This document shows, piece after piece, positions 1-10,287 of a DNA stretch of 64,000 nt. The position numbers were made by a program, and so were the translations under genes. Below the pieces are notes generated by a model. That model was not told the origin of the DNA. It saw only the letters and a list, made by a program, of their open reading frames with translations, and did not search any database. Each line of letters opens with the position of its first letter. Position 1 is the stretch's first letter. Origin of the DNA: Obrimoposthia wandeli (lineage: Eukaryota); assembly GCA_977020255.1 (NCBI GenBank), contig CDROCS010000253.1, positions 3,906,001-3,970,000 of the forward strand, read 5' to 3'.

Positions 1-2
1 AT

Positions 3-734
3 TTAGGTGCTGAAGAATCAACGAGTTATAACCTTGGTTTAATCTATAGCGTCACAGAGAACTTAAATTTCTCACTTGATTATTATAGCTATGACATTGA
101 AAATATTATTGACTCAGATACACAGTTTGTTTTCAGTAACTTTGGTGATGATGCAAATGTCGTAACACGACTGCCAAGTACTATTCCTAATGATCCAGGT
201 GAAGTTGTTTCCATTGTTGATTCTTTTCAAAATATTGGTGACTTAATTACAACAGGTCTTGATTTAGATCTACAGTATTTATTAGAGACAAGTGCTGGTG
301 AGTTTAAATTCTCTTATATTTTAAACTATGTTATAGAATTTGAAGATAAGCGACCTGATTCTGATGGTGGTCAACGTATTAATGCTCAAGAAGGTGACTT
401 TGAACAACCACAGTTTCGCTGGACAACAGCGGTTAATTGGTCACTTGATGACTTAACGGCTAATGTTGCCCTTAACTATGTTGATGAGTTTGAACAAGAT
501 AAATCCGTTAGAATCCAAGAGGATGGCACCGTATTATCACCAGTAGATGCCATGGTGACCGTTGATGCATCAATTAGCTACTACGGATTAGAAAGTACTA
601 CCCTTACTTTAGGTGCTACTAACTTATTCAATGAAAAACCACCGTTTGCCTACAATGACTTTATGGGCTTTGCCGTTAATGTACACAGTGGTCAAGGTCG
701 TTTTGCTTATTTAAAAGCCGCTTATAAGTTCTAG
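3..734 (+). CDS. TonB-dependent receptor, C-terminal beta-barrel part (5'-partial)
   Basis: Frame is open from base 3 (LGAEESTSYNLGLIYS...). It has barrel-strand motifs (LTLGATNLFNEKPP) and ends in YKF with a terminal Phe. The ORF-track start at 552 is internal. Confidence 0.85.
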   Translation, partial: LGAEESTSYNLGLIYSVTENLNFSLDYYSYDIENIIDSDTQFVFSNFGDDANVVTRLPSTIPNDPGEVVSIVDSFQNIGDLITTGLDLDLQYLLETSAGEFKFSYILNYVIEFEDKRPDSDGGQRINAQEGDFEQPQFRWTTAVNWSLDDLTANVALNYVDEFEQDKSVRIQEDGTVLSPVDAMVTVDASISYYGLESTTLTLGATNLFNEKPPFAYNDFMGFAVNVHSGQGRFAYLKAAYKF

Positions 735-770
735 TCTAAAAAACCTACATCAGAAAACGTAGATTCAAAT

Positions 771-797
771 AAAAAAACCGCTTAACGCGGTTTTTTT
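771..797. terminator. Bidirectional intrinsic terminator
   Basis: AAAAAAACCGC-TTAAC-GCGGTTTTTTT between convergent genes. Confidence 0.85.
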
Positions 798-803
798 ATG
801 ACA

Positions 804-1559
804 CTATTTTTTATTTATACCTACTTTTTTATGTAAGCGCATCGTAGGTACTTTCACCGGGTTAAATTCAGCCCTGATTTTCCACTTAGGTTTTATTGGT
901 GTTAAGGGTAAGACCCTTTTCTTCGCAACAATGACATAAACAGAACCAAAGGTGTTTAAGTAATTACTGGCAAATTGTCGCCAAGTCGTTGCAAATAAAT
1001 TATCACTCATCTTGCCAATTAAATTGGTATGTAGACAGCGTTGATCCGCCAGTATTTCAAAGCCCATTAAATGTAACCAATCTTTGACTCTCATTGGTGT
1101 GAAAAAATGTTCATTCCACGGTGACTGTTGTCTTCTATAGGGTATAAGCCGATTAAGTCCAGCCAAACTAAACGGATTAAAACCTGTTATCACTAAATAA
1201 CCATTGGGGATCAACACTCTGTTCGCTTCACGGATAACATGGTGAGGGTCAAGAGAGAACTCTAAAGCATGGCTTAACAAACAAACATCAACACTATGTT
1301 CTAATAAAGGTAAATCATCAATTTCCCCAATAACGTCACTCTCACCTTTAGCAGCAATGCAGACCTGATGGTTGATAGTACATAAAGGTGTTTGCACTTC
1401 TCCGCTTAAGTGGCCTAGCTTTACTAGATGATAACCAAAAAACTTTTGCCACCATGGCCTTAACTCTTCTTCAATCGCAGACAAAATTAAGTCACCATTA
1501 GGCAATTTACTCCATGAGTTAGGATAATGTGGTTGGCGAAAGGCTAAGGCTGGTTTCAT
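804..1559 (-). CDS. yafS: Class I SAM-dependent methyltransferase, YafS-like
   Basis: FGYHLVKLG, DLPLLEHSVDVCLLSHALEF and GFNPFSL motifs; divergent from gloB as in enterobacteria. Confidence 0.8.
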   Translation of the reverse strand: MKPALAFRQPHYPNSWSKLPNGDLILSAIEEELRPWWQKFFGYHLVKLGHLSGEVQTPLCTINHQVCIAAKGESDVIGEIDDLPLLEHSVDVCLLSHALEFSLDPHHVIREANRVLIPNGYLVITGFNPFSLAGLNRLIPYRRQQSPWNEHFFTPMRVKDWLHLMGFEILADQRCLHTNLIGKMSDNLFATTWRQFASNYLNTFGSVYVIVAKKRVLPLTPIKPKWKIRAEFNPVKVPTMRLHKKVGINKK

Positions 1560-1638
1560 AAAGTAAGTATTTAAATTAAGGACAAAATTAGTATAATCAA
1601 AGTATATACCTAATACCTAAGTCAGCGAAGTATTCCAG

Positions 1639-2451
1639 ATGTCAAAAAATACAACTTGTGATAATACAATAAATGTTGAAGCGATAAACGCCTTTAATGA
1701 TAACTATATTTGGGCCATTCGCTCAAATAACAATAGCGCATTAGCATTAGTTGATCCTGGAGATGGTAAAGTCTGTATTGACTATATTGAACAACAAGGT
1801 TTGGTATTAAGTCATATTTTAGTAACCCATCACCACAAAGATCATGTCGGTGGTATAGAAACATTACTTACATACGCCAAAGATAAAGCATGGCCTGTCA
1901 CTATTTATGGCCCAGCTAATGAAAGTATTGCTCAGCTCGACATCACCCTTAAAGAAAATGATACCTTTAACTTAGCAGCACTTAATTGTCAGTTTACTGT
2001 GCTCGACTTACCTGGTCACACAAAAGGTCACATTGCTTATCATAATGACAAAATGGTTTTTTGTGGCGACACTTTATTCTCAGGAGGGTGTGGTCGGTTG
2101 TTTGAAGGAACACCTCAGCAAATGCATCACTCTTTGACTAAACTAGCGAACTTAGCACCTGATACGTTAATCTATTGCGCCCATGAGTATACCCAAGCGA
2201 ACTTAGCCTTTGCTTTAGCGGTAGAGCCTAATAACATTGACCTGCATAACTATGCAGAGCAAGTCAGCGTAAAGCGCCAACAAAACCAAGCAACCATTCC
2301 AAGTAATATTGCACTAGAGCTACAGATAAATCCTTTTCTACGTTGTCATGAACAGTCCATTAAACTTGCTGCACAAGCCTATAGTAATCAAAGCCAAAGT
2401 AGTGATGATGAGGTTTTTACTGTGATTAGAGCTTGGAAAGATAATTTTTAA
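1639..2451 (+). CDS. gloB: Hydroxyacylglutathione hydrolase (glyoxalase II)
   Basis: THHHKDH metallo-beta-lactamase motif, plus PGHT, FCGDTLF and CAHEYT. Confidence 0.95.
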   Translation: MSKNTTCDNTINVEAINAFNDNYIWAIRSNNNSALALVDPGDGKVCIDYIEQQGLVLSHILVTHHHKDHVGGIETLLTYAKDKAWPVTIYGPANESIAQLDITLKENDTFNLAALNCQFTVLDLPGHTKGHIAYHNDKMVFCGDTLFSGGCGRLFEGTPQQMHHSLTKLANLAPDTLIYCAHEYTQANLAFALAVEPNNIDLHNYAEQVSVKRQQNQATIPSNIALELQINPFLRCHEQSIKLAAQAYSNQSQSSDDEVFTVIRAWKDNF

Positions 2452-2483
2452 GCCTTAAATTTAAAAGACTTAAGTTTAAGGCT
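2451..2483 (+). terminator. Hairpin after gloB
   Basis: AGCCTTAAATTTAA ... TTAAGTTTAAGGCT: 14-bp arms with one G-U pair. Confidence 0.5.
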
Positions 2484-2545
2484 TAAATGGGCATTATTGA
2501 TTTTAATTACCGCCACTAAACGGTTATAACTTCTTATAAAAGTAA

Positions 2546-2860
2546 TATACCCACTCCACTGGAAGATGCTCGTTTCAGGAAGTCTGAGCGATTCATAATC
2601 AAGGCGCATTTTTTATTAAGGGTCATTCAGGAGAATGTGCTCCTGCATTCTCTAAGAAGCTACCTCCATGTAGCGTCCTTAAAAAGAAAGGTAACGCAGA
2701 GTATGATTTGCTCAGACTTCCACCAAAAGGCTGGTTTAGAAACGCTTTATGCTGCGTTATTGATTTCGACAATAGAATAACTATTCTCTTCAATCAATGC
2801 CTTGCCTAAAGGCGTTTCTAATTCCAGCTGAATCATGCATCTTCAAGTGGAACGGGTATA
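2546..2860 (+). mobile_element. ERIC-like MITE, type 1, full form with nested REP-like module
   Basis: 24-bp imperfect terminal inverted repeats (TATACCCACTCCACTGGAAGATGC ... GCATCTTCAAGTGGAACGGGTATA), no ORF, and homologous copies at 24993, 38511 and 58145. Confidence 0.85.
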
Positions 2861-2946
2861 GATATTATGCTGAGCATACTCCCTTGGCTAATTATTATCT
2901 TGTCCAGTGTCTTGCTTCTATACCCCTAAATTATCACTAACTAGCC

Positions 2947-2966
2947 AATAAATTAGTCCGATTGGT
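2947..2966 (+). repeat. Solo right end of type 2 MITE
   Basis: AATAAATTAGTCCGATTGGT is identical to 10265-10284. Confidence 0.6.
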
Positions 2967-3025
2967 GTTAAACATGCTAATCTGCTCAACTATTTTTAAT
3001 TCCTGCTGATTTTAACTGGTTATTC

Positions 3026-4681
3026 ATGAAGTATTTATTATTACCCGTTGTAGTTCTTTTAGCTGGCTGTCAAAGCCTATCCCAAAGTGATGATACCATT
3101 ACTGACAATTCAGGTATGCAAGTTGAGACTGCACATCCAGTTGAAATTAATCAAGCGCTATTAGCTGATGAGAGCATTGATGTTATTCATCCTGTTGCCG
3201 ATATTGACTTCTCTTTAAATAATACTTTAAAAGATCAGAAAGCCATTGATGAGAATAATATTTGGCCACGTATTCGTAGCCAGTTAACCTTTGATATTCC
3301 TGAACAAAAACGTCTTATCTCGCAGAGAAATTGGTATGTAAAGCACCCTAGTTACCTTAAACGTGTTGCTAAACGTGCCGAGCCTTTCCTCTATTACATT
3401 GTTCAAGAGTTAGAAAAGAATGACATGCCTATCGAGCTAGCTTTCTTACCTATTGTAGAAAGTGCTTTTGACCCCTTTGCTTATTCCCATGGTCGCGCTT
3501 CAGGTATGTGGCAATTTGTACCGGGTACAGGAAAACGCTTTGGTATGAAGCAGAACTGGTGGTATGACGGTAGACGTGATGTCGTTGCTTCAACTGAAGG
3601 TGCTATTCAATACTTAAAATATTTACACAAGTTTTTCGATGGCGATTGGATGCTTGCATTAGCGGCATATAACTCTGGTGAAGGTCGCGTTAGAAATGCC
3701 GTAAGAAAGAACAAACGTCTAGGTAAACCGACCGATTTTTGGTCCCTTGATTTACCAAAAGAAACCCGCGCTTATGTACCGAAATTATTAGCCTTAGCTG
3801 ATATTGTAAAGCGCCCTGAAGACTTTAATTTATCACTTTATTCAATCGATAATAAAAGTGTCTTGAGCCAAGTAGATATTAAATCACAACTCGATTTAGC
3901 CAAAGCTGCAACATTAGCAGGCTTGTCATTAGCGGAATTACAGCGTTTAAATCCTGGTTTCAATCGCTGGGCAACTGATCCAGATGGCCCCCACCGCTTA
4001 TTATTACCTTCTCATAGCGTGGAAAAATTTGAGCTAGGCTTGAATAAGTTAAGTAAAAAGGAGCGACTCGCTTGGCAGCGTTATAAAATTAAAAATGGTG
4101 ATAACTTAGGCGTTATTGCTAATAAATTTAATACCCGTATTGATTTGATTCAACAAGTGAATAACATTAAAGGTAACCAAATACGTGCTGGAAAACATTT
4201 ACTTATTCCTGTCGCGGCTAAGTCTCTAGACAGTTATGTTTTCTCACAAAAACAACGTATTGCTAAAAAACAAAGCAGACCACAAAAAGGTCGTAAGATC
4301 GTTCATACCGTTAAATCTGGTGATAATTTATGGGACATAGGGCGTAAATACAAAGTAAATGGCAAAAGTGTCGCTAAATGGAATGGCTTTGCCCCAAGAG
4401 ATACCTTAAAACTCGGTCAAAAGTTAGTCATTTGGCAAAAGTATGGTAACAAGGCAAATAAATCGAGCTATGCCAACAGTAAAACGGGTAACAATGTCGA
4501 AAGTGCCATCATGCGAAATATTACTTATAAAGTTCGCCGTGGTGATTCTTTTGCTCGCATAGCTGATAAGTTTAATGTCCGCATTAGTGATATTGAACGC
4601 TGGAACAACCTTGATAGAAATAAATACTTGCAGCCGGGCCAGCGATTAAAGCTTTCTGTTGATGTAACTAATAATATTTAA
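3026..4681 (+). CDS. mltD: Membrane-bound lytic murein transglycosylase D (SLT + 3 LysM)
   Basis: Lipobox LAGC, catalytic IVES, ASGMWQF, AAYNSGEG and three LysM repeats; follows gloB. Confidence 0.95.
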   Translation: MKYLLLPVVVLLAGCQSLSQSDDTITDNSGMQVETAHPVEINQALLADESIDVIHPVADIDFSLNNTLKDQKAIDENNIWPRIRSQLTFDIPEQKRLISQRNWYVKHPSYLKRVAKRAEPFLYYIVQELEKNDMPIELAFLPIVESAFDPFAYSHGRASGMWQFVPGTGKRFGMKQNWWYDGRRDVVASTEGAIQYLKYLHKFFDGDWMLALAAYNSGEGRVRNAVRKNKRLGKPTDFWSLDLPKETRAYVPKLLALADIVKRPEDFNLSLYSIDNKSVLSQVDIKSQLDLAKAATLAGLSLAELQRLNPGFNRWATDPDGPHRLLLPSHSVEKFELGLNKLSKKERLAWQRYKIKNGDNLGVIANKFNTRIDLIQQVNNIKGNQIRAGKHLLIPVAAKSLDSYVFSQKQRIAKKQSRPQKGRKIVHTVKSGDNLWDIGRKYKVNGKSVAKWNGFAPRDTLKLGQKLVIWQKYGNKANKSSYANSKTGNNVESAIMRNITYKVRRGDSFARIADKFNVRISDIERWNNLDRNKYLQPGQRLKLSVDVTNNI

Positions 4682-4705
4682 TTATTAAGTTTATTAAACA
4701 AATCT

Positions 4706-4741
4706 AATAAAAAAGCGAGCAGTTTTACTCGCTTTTTTATT
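4706..4741. terminator. Bidirectional intrinsic terminator
   Basis: AATAAAAAAGCGAG ... CTCGCTTTTTTATT, 14-bp arms, between convergent genes. Confidence 0.85.
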
Positions 4742-4769
4742 ATGTTATTTGTTGAAACTAAATAGCAAC

Positions 4770-5267
4770 TTATAAACGTTGACTAGTAAAGTCGACAAAA
4801 AAGGTTTGTGTTTTCTCTTCCATTTCAACCGTTATCCACAAACGCCAAACCATTTGATCTTCACTGCAACTAGCCAATAAGCTTTGTGCTAAATAAAGAT
4901 TACCTTTATTCTTTGGCTCAAAAAATACCGGCACCTTGCCCATAAACATATCCTTACCCTCGAGATAAGCAGATACTTTGCTAATACTTTGTATAGTATT
5001 TTGCTGAGAAATGGGTGTTAGCTCAATAAAAAAAGGTAGCTCTGTTTTAACCTTGTCTGATAACTGATGCTGGGAAAATTTAACGCTAAAATCAGCAAGT
5101 TCTGTATTGATTTCACATTGACTCTGGCTATCAAGACATTGTGCTACCAATGCACTAGCAATACTTGCAGAGCTCTGTTCATTCACTGGCTTACAGGCAC
5201 TGATCAGTAATAAAAAACCGACAAGGGATAGTTGTTTTAACACGTTTTTAAAGCTTTTATTATACAC
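4770..5267 (-). CDS. Hypothetical lipoprotein
   Basis: Lipobox LLLISAC; C-terminal GKDMFMGKVPV...CSEDQMVW segment; no function recognised. Confidence 0.65.
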   Translation of the reverse strand: MYNKSFKNVLKQLSLVGFLLLISACKPVNEQSSASIASALVAQCLDSQSQCEINTELADFSVKFSQHQLSDKVKTELPFFIELTPISQQNTIQSISKVSAYLEGKDMFMGKVPVFFEPKNKGNLYLAQSLLASCSEDQMVWRLWITVEMEEKTQTFFVDFTSQRL

Positions 5268-5363
5268 TGAAAAATTCTACCTTTTACTGCAAAGTTGTTA
5301 TTATCCACTAACGACAGTAAACTAGCTACCCAAGTCTTAGCTACCTAAATAGCCGTTAAGTAA

Positions 5364-6149
5364 ATGCCCCTATCTAGTAAAACGATAAAGAAAAGTACTA
5401 CACAGCAAAAATCGCCACGTTACGTTGACTGCGAAAATTGCTCAATGCAAGCTATCTGTCAACCTATTGGCTCTGCAAATCAAGCGATTGATTTAACCAG
5501 TAACTATCTAACTAGGCGCGTTGAAGTAAACACTGAACAAAGTTTATCCCCAACGCTAAATCAATCGACAGGCGCTAAATTGTTTGAACAAGCTACGCCG
5601 CTAACAGCGATATTCGCTGTCTGTTCAGGCACCTTTAAATTATGTCAGCAAAATGATGAGGGTATTGAGAAGGTAGTTGGTTTTCGATTTCCTGGTGAAC
5701 TGATGGGAGAAGATGCTTTATTTTTAGAAGCGTATAACTACAGTGCAATTGCCTTAGGCGATAACTCCGTTTGTGAAGTTTTTGTGGAGCCACTTTCTGC
5801 CTGTTCACAATTAGCACCTGAGTTACAGCAAAACTTAATTCAGTTATTAACCAAACAAAGTTACGAACAGCAACGTAATGCTCAAGCGATTACCGGTAAA
5901 AAATCGGCTGATTGTTTACTAGCCGCATTTTTACTCAACATTTGCCAGCGTAATGCTAAACACTCGGGTAATGCCGCAGAAATAGAATTAACTATTAGTC
6001 GTCAGGATATTGCCTGCTTCTTAGGTATGCGTCGTGAAACCTTAAGCCGATTATTATCGAAATTCCAACATGAACAACTAATTAGCCTCAATGGAAAACA
6101 ATTAACCTTACTCTCAAAAAATCACTTAATGCAGCTTGCAAATCAATAA
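5364..6149 (+). CDS. Crp/Fnr-family regulator, FNR paralog
   Basis: CENCSMQAIC (C-x2-C-x5-C), central CEV Cys, GFRFPGELMG and HTH recognition helix ETLSR. Confidence 0.85.
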   Translation: MPLSSKTIKKSTTQQKSPRYVDCENCSMQAICQPIGSANQAIDLTSNYLTRRVEVNTEQSLSPTLNQSTGAKLFEQATPLTAIFAVCSGTFKLCQQNDEGIEKVVGFRFPGELMGEDALFLEAYNYSAIALGDNSVCEVFVEPLSACSQLAPELQQNLIQLLTKQSYEQQRNAQAITGKKSADCLLAAFLLNICQRNAKHSGNAAEIELTISRQDIACFLGMRRETLSRLLSKFQHEQLISLNGKQLTLLSKNHLMQLANQ

Positions 6150-6350
6150 CGTTCATCGAGAAAACAGCTAAATAACGCTGCTATTTAATTCTCTCAAAAA
6201 GTCTCTAAGTAAGGTGTCCTCTATCTCTGCTAAAATTTATCAATGGATAAAAAGTGAAAGTTGATAAATCTTTGCTAACTCATTGAGTTACTTTTATCTT
6301 TTTATTGCTCAATTAATATCCACAAGCAATTTAAGGGCAATTATCTTTTA

Positions 6351-6364
6351 TTGATCTACATCAA
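6351..6364. promoter_or_regulatory. FNR box upstream of ccoN
   Basis: TTGAT-ctac-ATCAA, a perfect match to the consensus. Confidence 0.9.
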
Positions 6365-6445
6365 ATTTAAACGCGCATAGTTGTTGATTTATATCCTTGG
6401 CAAAGGGTAAAATTGCTGGGATTTAGACACATTTGCTTACACGGA

Positions 6446-6461
6446 TGTGACAAATATCACA
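6446..6461. promoter_or_regulatory. CRP box upstream of ccoN
   Basis: TGTGA-caaata-TCACA, a perfect match to the consensus. Confidence 0.75.
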
Positions 6462-6581
6462 GCTCATTGAGCAAACACACAGAGTTAGTATGAATTGTGT
6501 CCTATATCTAAGACTTTTCATGTTTAGATATTACAGCAACAAGTGCTTTCTGATTAATAATAACACTGCGGAATCCTTAAC

Positions 6582-8006
6582 ATGACCACAAGTAATACGT
6601 CAGCAGTAGACTACAACTTCGATGTTGTACGTCAGTTTACTGTAATGACTGTAATCTGGGGAATCGTAGGTACACTAGTAGGTGTACTTATCGCGGCACA
6701 ATTAATTTGGCCTGCGTTAAATTTTGATACACCTTGGTTAACCTACTCCCGTCTTCGTCCACTTCATACTAATGCTGTAATTTTTGCTTTTGGTACAAGT
6801 GCTCTATTTGCCACGTCTTATTACGTTGTGCAACGTACCTGTCAAACGCGACTATTTGGCGGTAAATTAGCAGCCTTCACCTTTTGGGGTTGGCAAGCTG
6901 TTATTGTTGCAGCGGCTATTTCTTTACCTTTAGGTTACACCTCTACAAAAGAGTATGCTGAGCTAGAATGGCCAATCGATATTCTTATTGCTGTCGTTTG
7001 GGTTTCATACGCCATTGTATTCTTTGGTACCTTAGTTAAACGTAAAACCTCGCATATTTACGTAGCTAACTGGTTCTTTGGTGGCTTTATCGTTACCGTT
7101 GCTGTATTGCATATCGGTAACTCAATGGTTATCCCTATTTCGCCAATGAAATCATACTCACTTTATTCTGGCGCAATTGATGCCATGATGCAGTGGTGGT
7201 ATGGACATAATGCCGTTGGTTTCTTATTAACCGCTGGTTTCTTAGGTATGATGTATTACTTCGTACCAAAACAAGCTGAACGTCCTGTATATTCTTACCG
7301 TTTATCTATTGTTCATTTCTGGGCATTGATTTCTTTATACATTTGGGCTGGTCCTCATCATTTACATTACACTGCACTTCCTGATTGGGCTCAGTCAGTT
7401 GGTATGGTAATGTCTATCGTATTATTCCTTCCTTCATGGGGTGGTATGATCAACGGTATCATGACGCTTTCTGGCGCATGGCATAAACTTCGTAGTGATC
7501 CTATTTTACGTTTCTTAATTGTTTCATTATCTTTCTACGGTATGTCTACCTTTGAAGGCCCGATGATGGCAATAAAATCAGTTAATGCCTTATCTCATTA
7601 TACTGACTGGACTGTTGGTCACGTACATTCTGGTGCTCTTGGTTGGGTTGCTATGGTTTCAATTGGTGCAATGTACCACTTAATCCCAATTTTATTTAAC
7701 CAAGGCCGTATGTACAGCATGCGTCTTATTAACATTCACTTCTGGTTGCACACTGCGGGTATCGTACTTTATATCGTAGCTATGTGGATTTCTGGTGTAA
7801 TGCAAGGGTTAATGTGGAGAGCTGTAAATAGCGACGGAACATTAACCTATAGCTTTGTTGAGAGTTTAACAGCTTCTTATCCATTCTATTTTATCCGCTT
7901 CATCGGTGGTGTATTAGTGGTAACTGGCTTCTTATTAATGGCTTACAACATGTTTAAAACAATTGGTGCTAAAGACAATAGTCTTAAGCCTCTTGAAGTA
8001 GCTTAA
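6582..8006 (+). CDS. ccoN: cbb3-type cytochrome c oxidase subunit I
   Basis: [27 protein letters not shown] and WTVGHVH heme/Cu ligand motifs. Confidence 0.98.
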   Translation: MTTSNTSAVDYNFDVVRQFTVMTVIWGIVGTLVGVLIAAQLIWPALNFDTPWLTYSRLRPLHTNAVIFAFGTSALFATSYYVVQRTCQTRLFGGKLAAFTFWGWQAVIVAAAISLPLGYTSTKEYAELEWPIDILIAVVWVSYAIVFFGTLVKRKTSHIYVANWFFGGFIVTVAVLHIGNSMVIPISPMKSYSLYSGAIDAMMQWWYGHNAVGFLLTAGFLGMMYYFVPKQAERPVYSYRLSIVHFWALISLYIWAGPHHLHYTALPDWAQSVGMVMSIVLFLPSWGGMINGIMTLSGAWHKLRSDPILRFLIVSLSFYGMSTFEGPMMAIKSVNALSHYTDWTVGHVHSGALGWVAMVSIGAMYHLIPILFNQGRMYSMRLINIHFWLHTAGIVLYIVAMWISGVMQGLMWRAVNSDGTLTYSFVESLTASYPFYFIRFIGGVLVVTGFLLMAYNMFKTIGAKDNSLKPLEVA

Positions 8007-8016
8007 GGAGAGCCAT

Positions 8017-8661
8017 ATGAAAAATTCACATGAAAAAGTTGAAAAGAACGTTGGCTTATTCTTCCTCTTTACTGTCTTTGCTATCAGCATCGGTGGTTTA
8101 GTAGAAATTACGCCATTGTTCTTTCAAAAAGAATTAGCGACACCCGTTGATAACTTAAAACCGTACACTGCCCTGCAAATGGAAGGTCGTGATATCTACA
8201 TCCGTGAAGGTTGTAGTAACTGTCATAGCCAAATGATTCGTCCATTTCGTGCAGAAACAGAGCGTTACGGTCATTACAGTGTTGCTGGAGAAAGTGTTTG
8301 GGAACATCCATTTTTATGGGGCTCTAAACGTACTGGTCCTGATTTAGCACGTGTTGGCGGTCGTTATAGTGATGATTGGCATATTGCCCATTTAACGGAT
8401 CCTCGTTCAGTGGTGCCTGAGTCCAACATGCCAGCTTATAACTGGTTGAACACTGACACGCTTGACGGTGAGTTAACGGGTAAGAAGCTAGAAACATTTA
8501 ACTTCTTAACACGTAACCGTAGCCATAAAGATGAAAACGGCAACGCAATTCCGCTTTATACACAAGCAGAAATTGATGGCGCTAAAGATGCGGTAAAAGG
8601 TAAAACTGAAATAAGCGCCTTGATTGCATACTTGCAATCACTTGGCCACGCATTGAAGTAA
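8017..8661 (+). CDS. ccoO: cbb3-type cytochrome c oxidase subunit II
   Basis: [13 protein letters not shown] and [12 protein letters not shown]. Confidence 0.97.
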   Translation: MKNSHEKVEKNVGLFFLFTVFAISIGGLVEITPLFFQKELATPVDNLKPYTALQMEGRDIYIREGCSNCHSQMIRPFRAETERYGHYSVAGESVWEHPFLWGSKRTGPDLARVGGRYSDDWHIAHLTDPRSVVPESNMPAYNWLNTDTLDGELTGKKLETFNFLTRNRSHKDENGNAIPLYTQAEIDGAKDAVKGKTEISALIAYLQSLGHALK

Positions 8662-8671
8662 GCTGAGCATC

Positions 8672-8878
8672 ATGGATTACGGAACACTTAGAGGGTTTTT
8701 TGCCCTCCTTATATTGGCGTTGTTTATTATCATCGTTGTATGGTCCTATTCAAAAAAGCGCAAATCATCTTTTGATGACATTGCAAGTTCGATTTTTGAA
8801 GAAGACAAAGTAAATACAGCAGATAAAACACGTCATCCCGATAAAGAAAGCAAACAGGAGACGAATAATAATGTCTAG
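8672..8878 (+). CDS. ccoQ: cbb3-type oxidase subunit CcoQ
   Basis: Small single-TM protein between ccoO and ccoP. Confidence 0.85.
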   Translation: MDYGTLRGFFALLILALFIIIVVWSYSKKRKSSFDDIASSIFEEDKVNTADKTRHPDKESKQETNNNV

Positions 8879-9842
8879 CTTCTGGAATATATGGGTTTGG
8901 GTTCTTACCCTTGGCTCGTTAGTAGGGTGTTTTTTACTACTACGTATGTGCTTAAAGAACTTTGCAGGCGTTAAAGAAGGCGAATCAATGGGTCATACAT
9001 TTGACGGCATTGAAGAGTTAAACAACCCTTTACCTAAATGGTGGAGTACGTTTTTCTTATTAACTATCGTTTGGGCATTTGGTTATATTGCACTTTATGG
9101 TTTAGGTAATTGGACTGGCCTTTTAGGCTGGAAAAGCTCTAACCAAGGCATTTTAAACCTTGCGGAATCAAAAGCTAAAACATTAGAGTATTTAGATAAA
9201 GACTCTGGTGTATTAGTTCAATATGACCGTGAAGTTGCCGCTGCCGATGCTAAGTTTGGTCCAATCTTTGAAGCTTACGCTGCGCGTAGCATTGAAGAGT
9301 TAGCGACTGATGGCGAAGCATTAAAAGTGGGTCAACGGTTGTTCATTCAAAACTGTTCACAATGTCATGGCTCTGATGCTCACGGTACTACCGGCTTCCC
9401 TAACCTAACTGATAAAGACTGGTTATATGGCGGTACACCTGCAGTAATTAAAGAGACTATTATGAATGGTCGTATTGCATCAGGCATGATGTCTTGGAAA
9501 GGCGCATTAGGCGGCGAGCAAGGCGTTAAAGAAGTTGCAGCTTATGTTATTAGCTTAAGTGGTCGCTCAGTTGACCCTGAATTAGCGAAAGCAGGTAAAG
9601 CTAAATTTCCTTTATGTGCAGCTTGTCATGGTCCTGATGGACAAGGTAGCTTAGCATTAGGTATGCCTATGGGCGCGCCAAACTTAACCGATAACACTTG
9701 GTTATATGGCGGTTCAAAACGTGCAATTGAAGAGTCTATCCGTAATGGTCGTGCTGGTGTTATGCCGCCATGGAAAGACATTCTTGGTGAAGAAAAAGTT
9801 CACCTAATTAGTGCTTATGTTTATAGTCTTTCTCAAGATTAA
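8871..9842 (+). CDS. ccoP: cbb3-type cytochrome c oxidase subunit III
   Basis: GHTFDGIEELNNPLPKWW and two CxxCH motifs (CSQCH, CAACH). Confidence 0.97.
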   Translation: MSSFWNIWVWVLTLGSLVGCFLLLRMCLKNFAGVKEGESMGHTFDGIEELNNPLPKWWSTFFLLTIVWAFGYIALYGLGNWTGLLGWKSSNQGILNLAESKAKTLEYLDKDSGVLVQYDREVAAADAKFGPIFEAYAARSIEELATDGEALKVGQRLFIQNCSQCHGSDAHGTTGFPNLTDKDWLYGGTPAVIKETIMNGRIASGMMSWKGALGGEQGVKEVAAYVISLSGRSVDPELAKAGKAKFPLCAACHGPDGQGSLALGMPMGAPNLTDNTWLYGGSKRAIEESIRNGRAGVMPPWKDILGEEKVHLISAYVYSLSQD

Positions 9843-9885
9843 TTAACCATAACACTGATATTGAACGGTTTAGTTCGCTCTTTGT

Positions 9886-9935
9886 CATTAGGGCAATGTG
9901 CTCTTGCATTGTCTAATAAGCTACATTCATGTAGC
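9886..9935 (+). repeat. Solo REP-like module (GCTACAT-NN-ATGTAGC)
   Basis: ATGTGCTCTTGCATTGTCTAATAAGCTACATTCATGTAGC aligns with the internal module of the MITEs at 2546 and 38511. Confidence 0.7.
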
Positions 9936-9971
9936 CCCATGGCAGATTGAGCTACCGTTCAACTTGAATAT

Positions 9972-10008
9972 AAAACCCTTGTTACACTTTGTAATCAAGG
10001 GTTTTTTT
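9972..10008 (+). terminator. Intrinsic terminator of ccoNOQP
   Basis: AAAACCCTTG...CAAGGGTTTT followed by a T-run. Confidence 0.8.
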
Positions 10009-10020
10009 ATGTCTTTTACT

Positions 10021-10287
10021 AATACCAAACGGATTAATTTATTGGTCAGCTTAGAGCTACATTAGCGAGCTTAAAACAAGCAAAATGAGTTAAACATAGT
10101 TATTCTATATTTCATTCATTTTGTGATGTTATTAGTTTGCTAATGTGCTCCCAAAGGGCGAGTTTAAAAGGCTTACATCCGGCGTTATTGATATTGACAA
10201 GGGAATAACCATTCTCTTCAATCAATGCCTTGACTCTAAGCCTTTTAATTCTCGCTAAGTGATTAATAAATTAGTCCGATTGGTATA
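10021..10287 (+). mobile_element. MITE type 2
   Basis: ~23-bp imperfect TIR (AATACCAAACGGATTAATTTATT ... AATAAATTAGTCCGATTGGTATA); shares an ~85-bp internal core with type 1. Confidence 0.75.

Noticed and set aside
1606-1620. TACCTAA direct repeats (also near 16587-16605)
   Set aside because: Too short and low-copy to distinguish from chance in AT-rich DNA.
6435-6452. CTTACACGGATGTGAC resembling the REP-like hairpin
   Set aside because: The arms do not pair fully and the flanks do not match the module; it is better explained as part of the CRP box.
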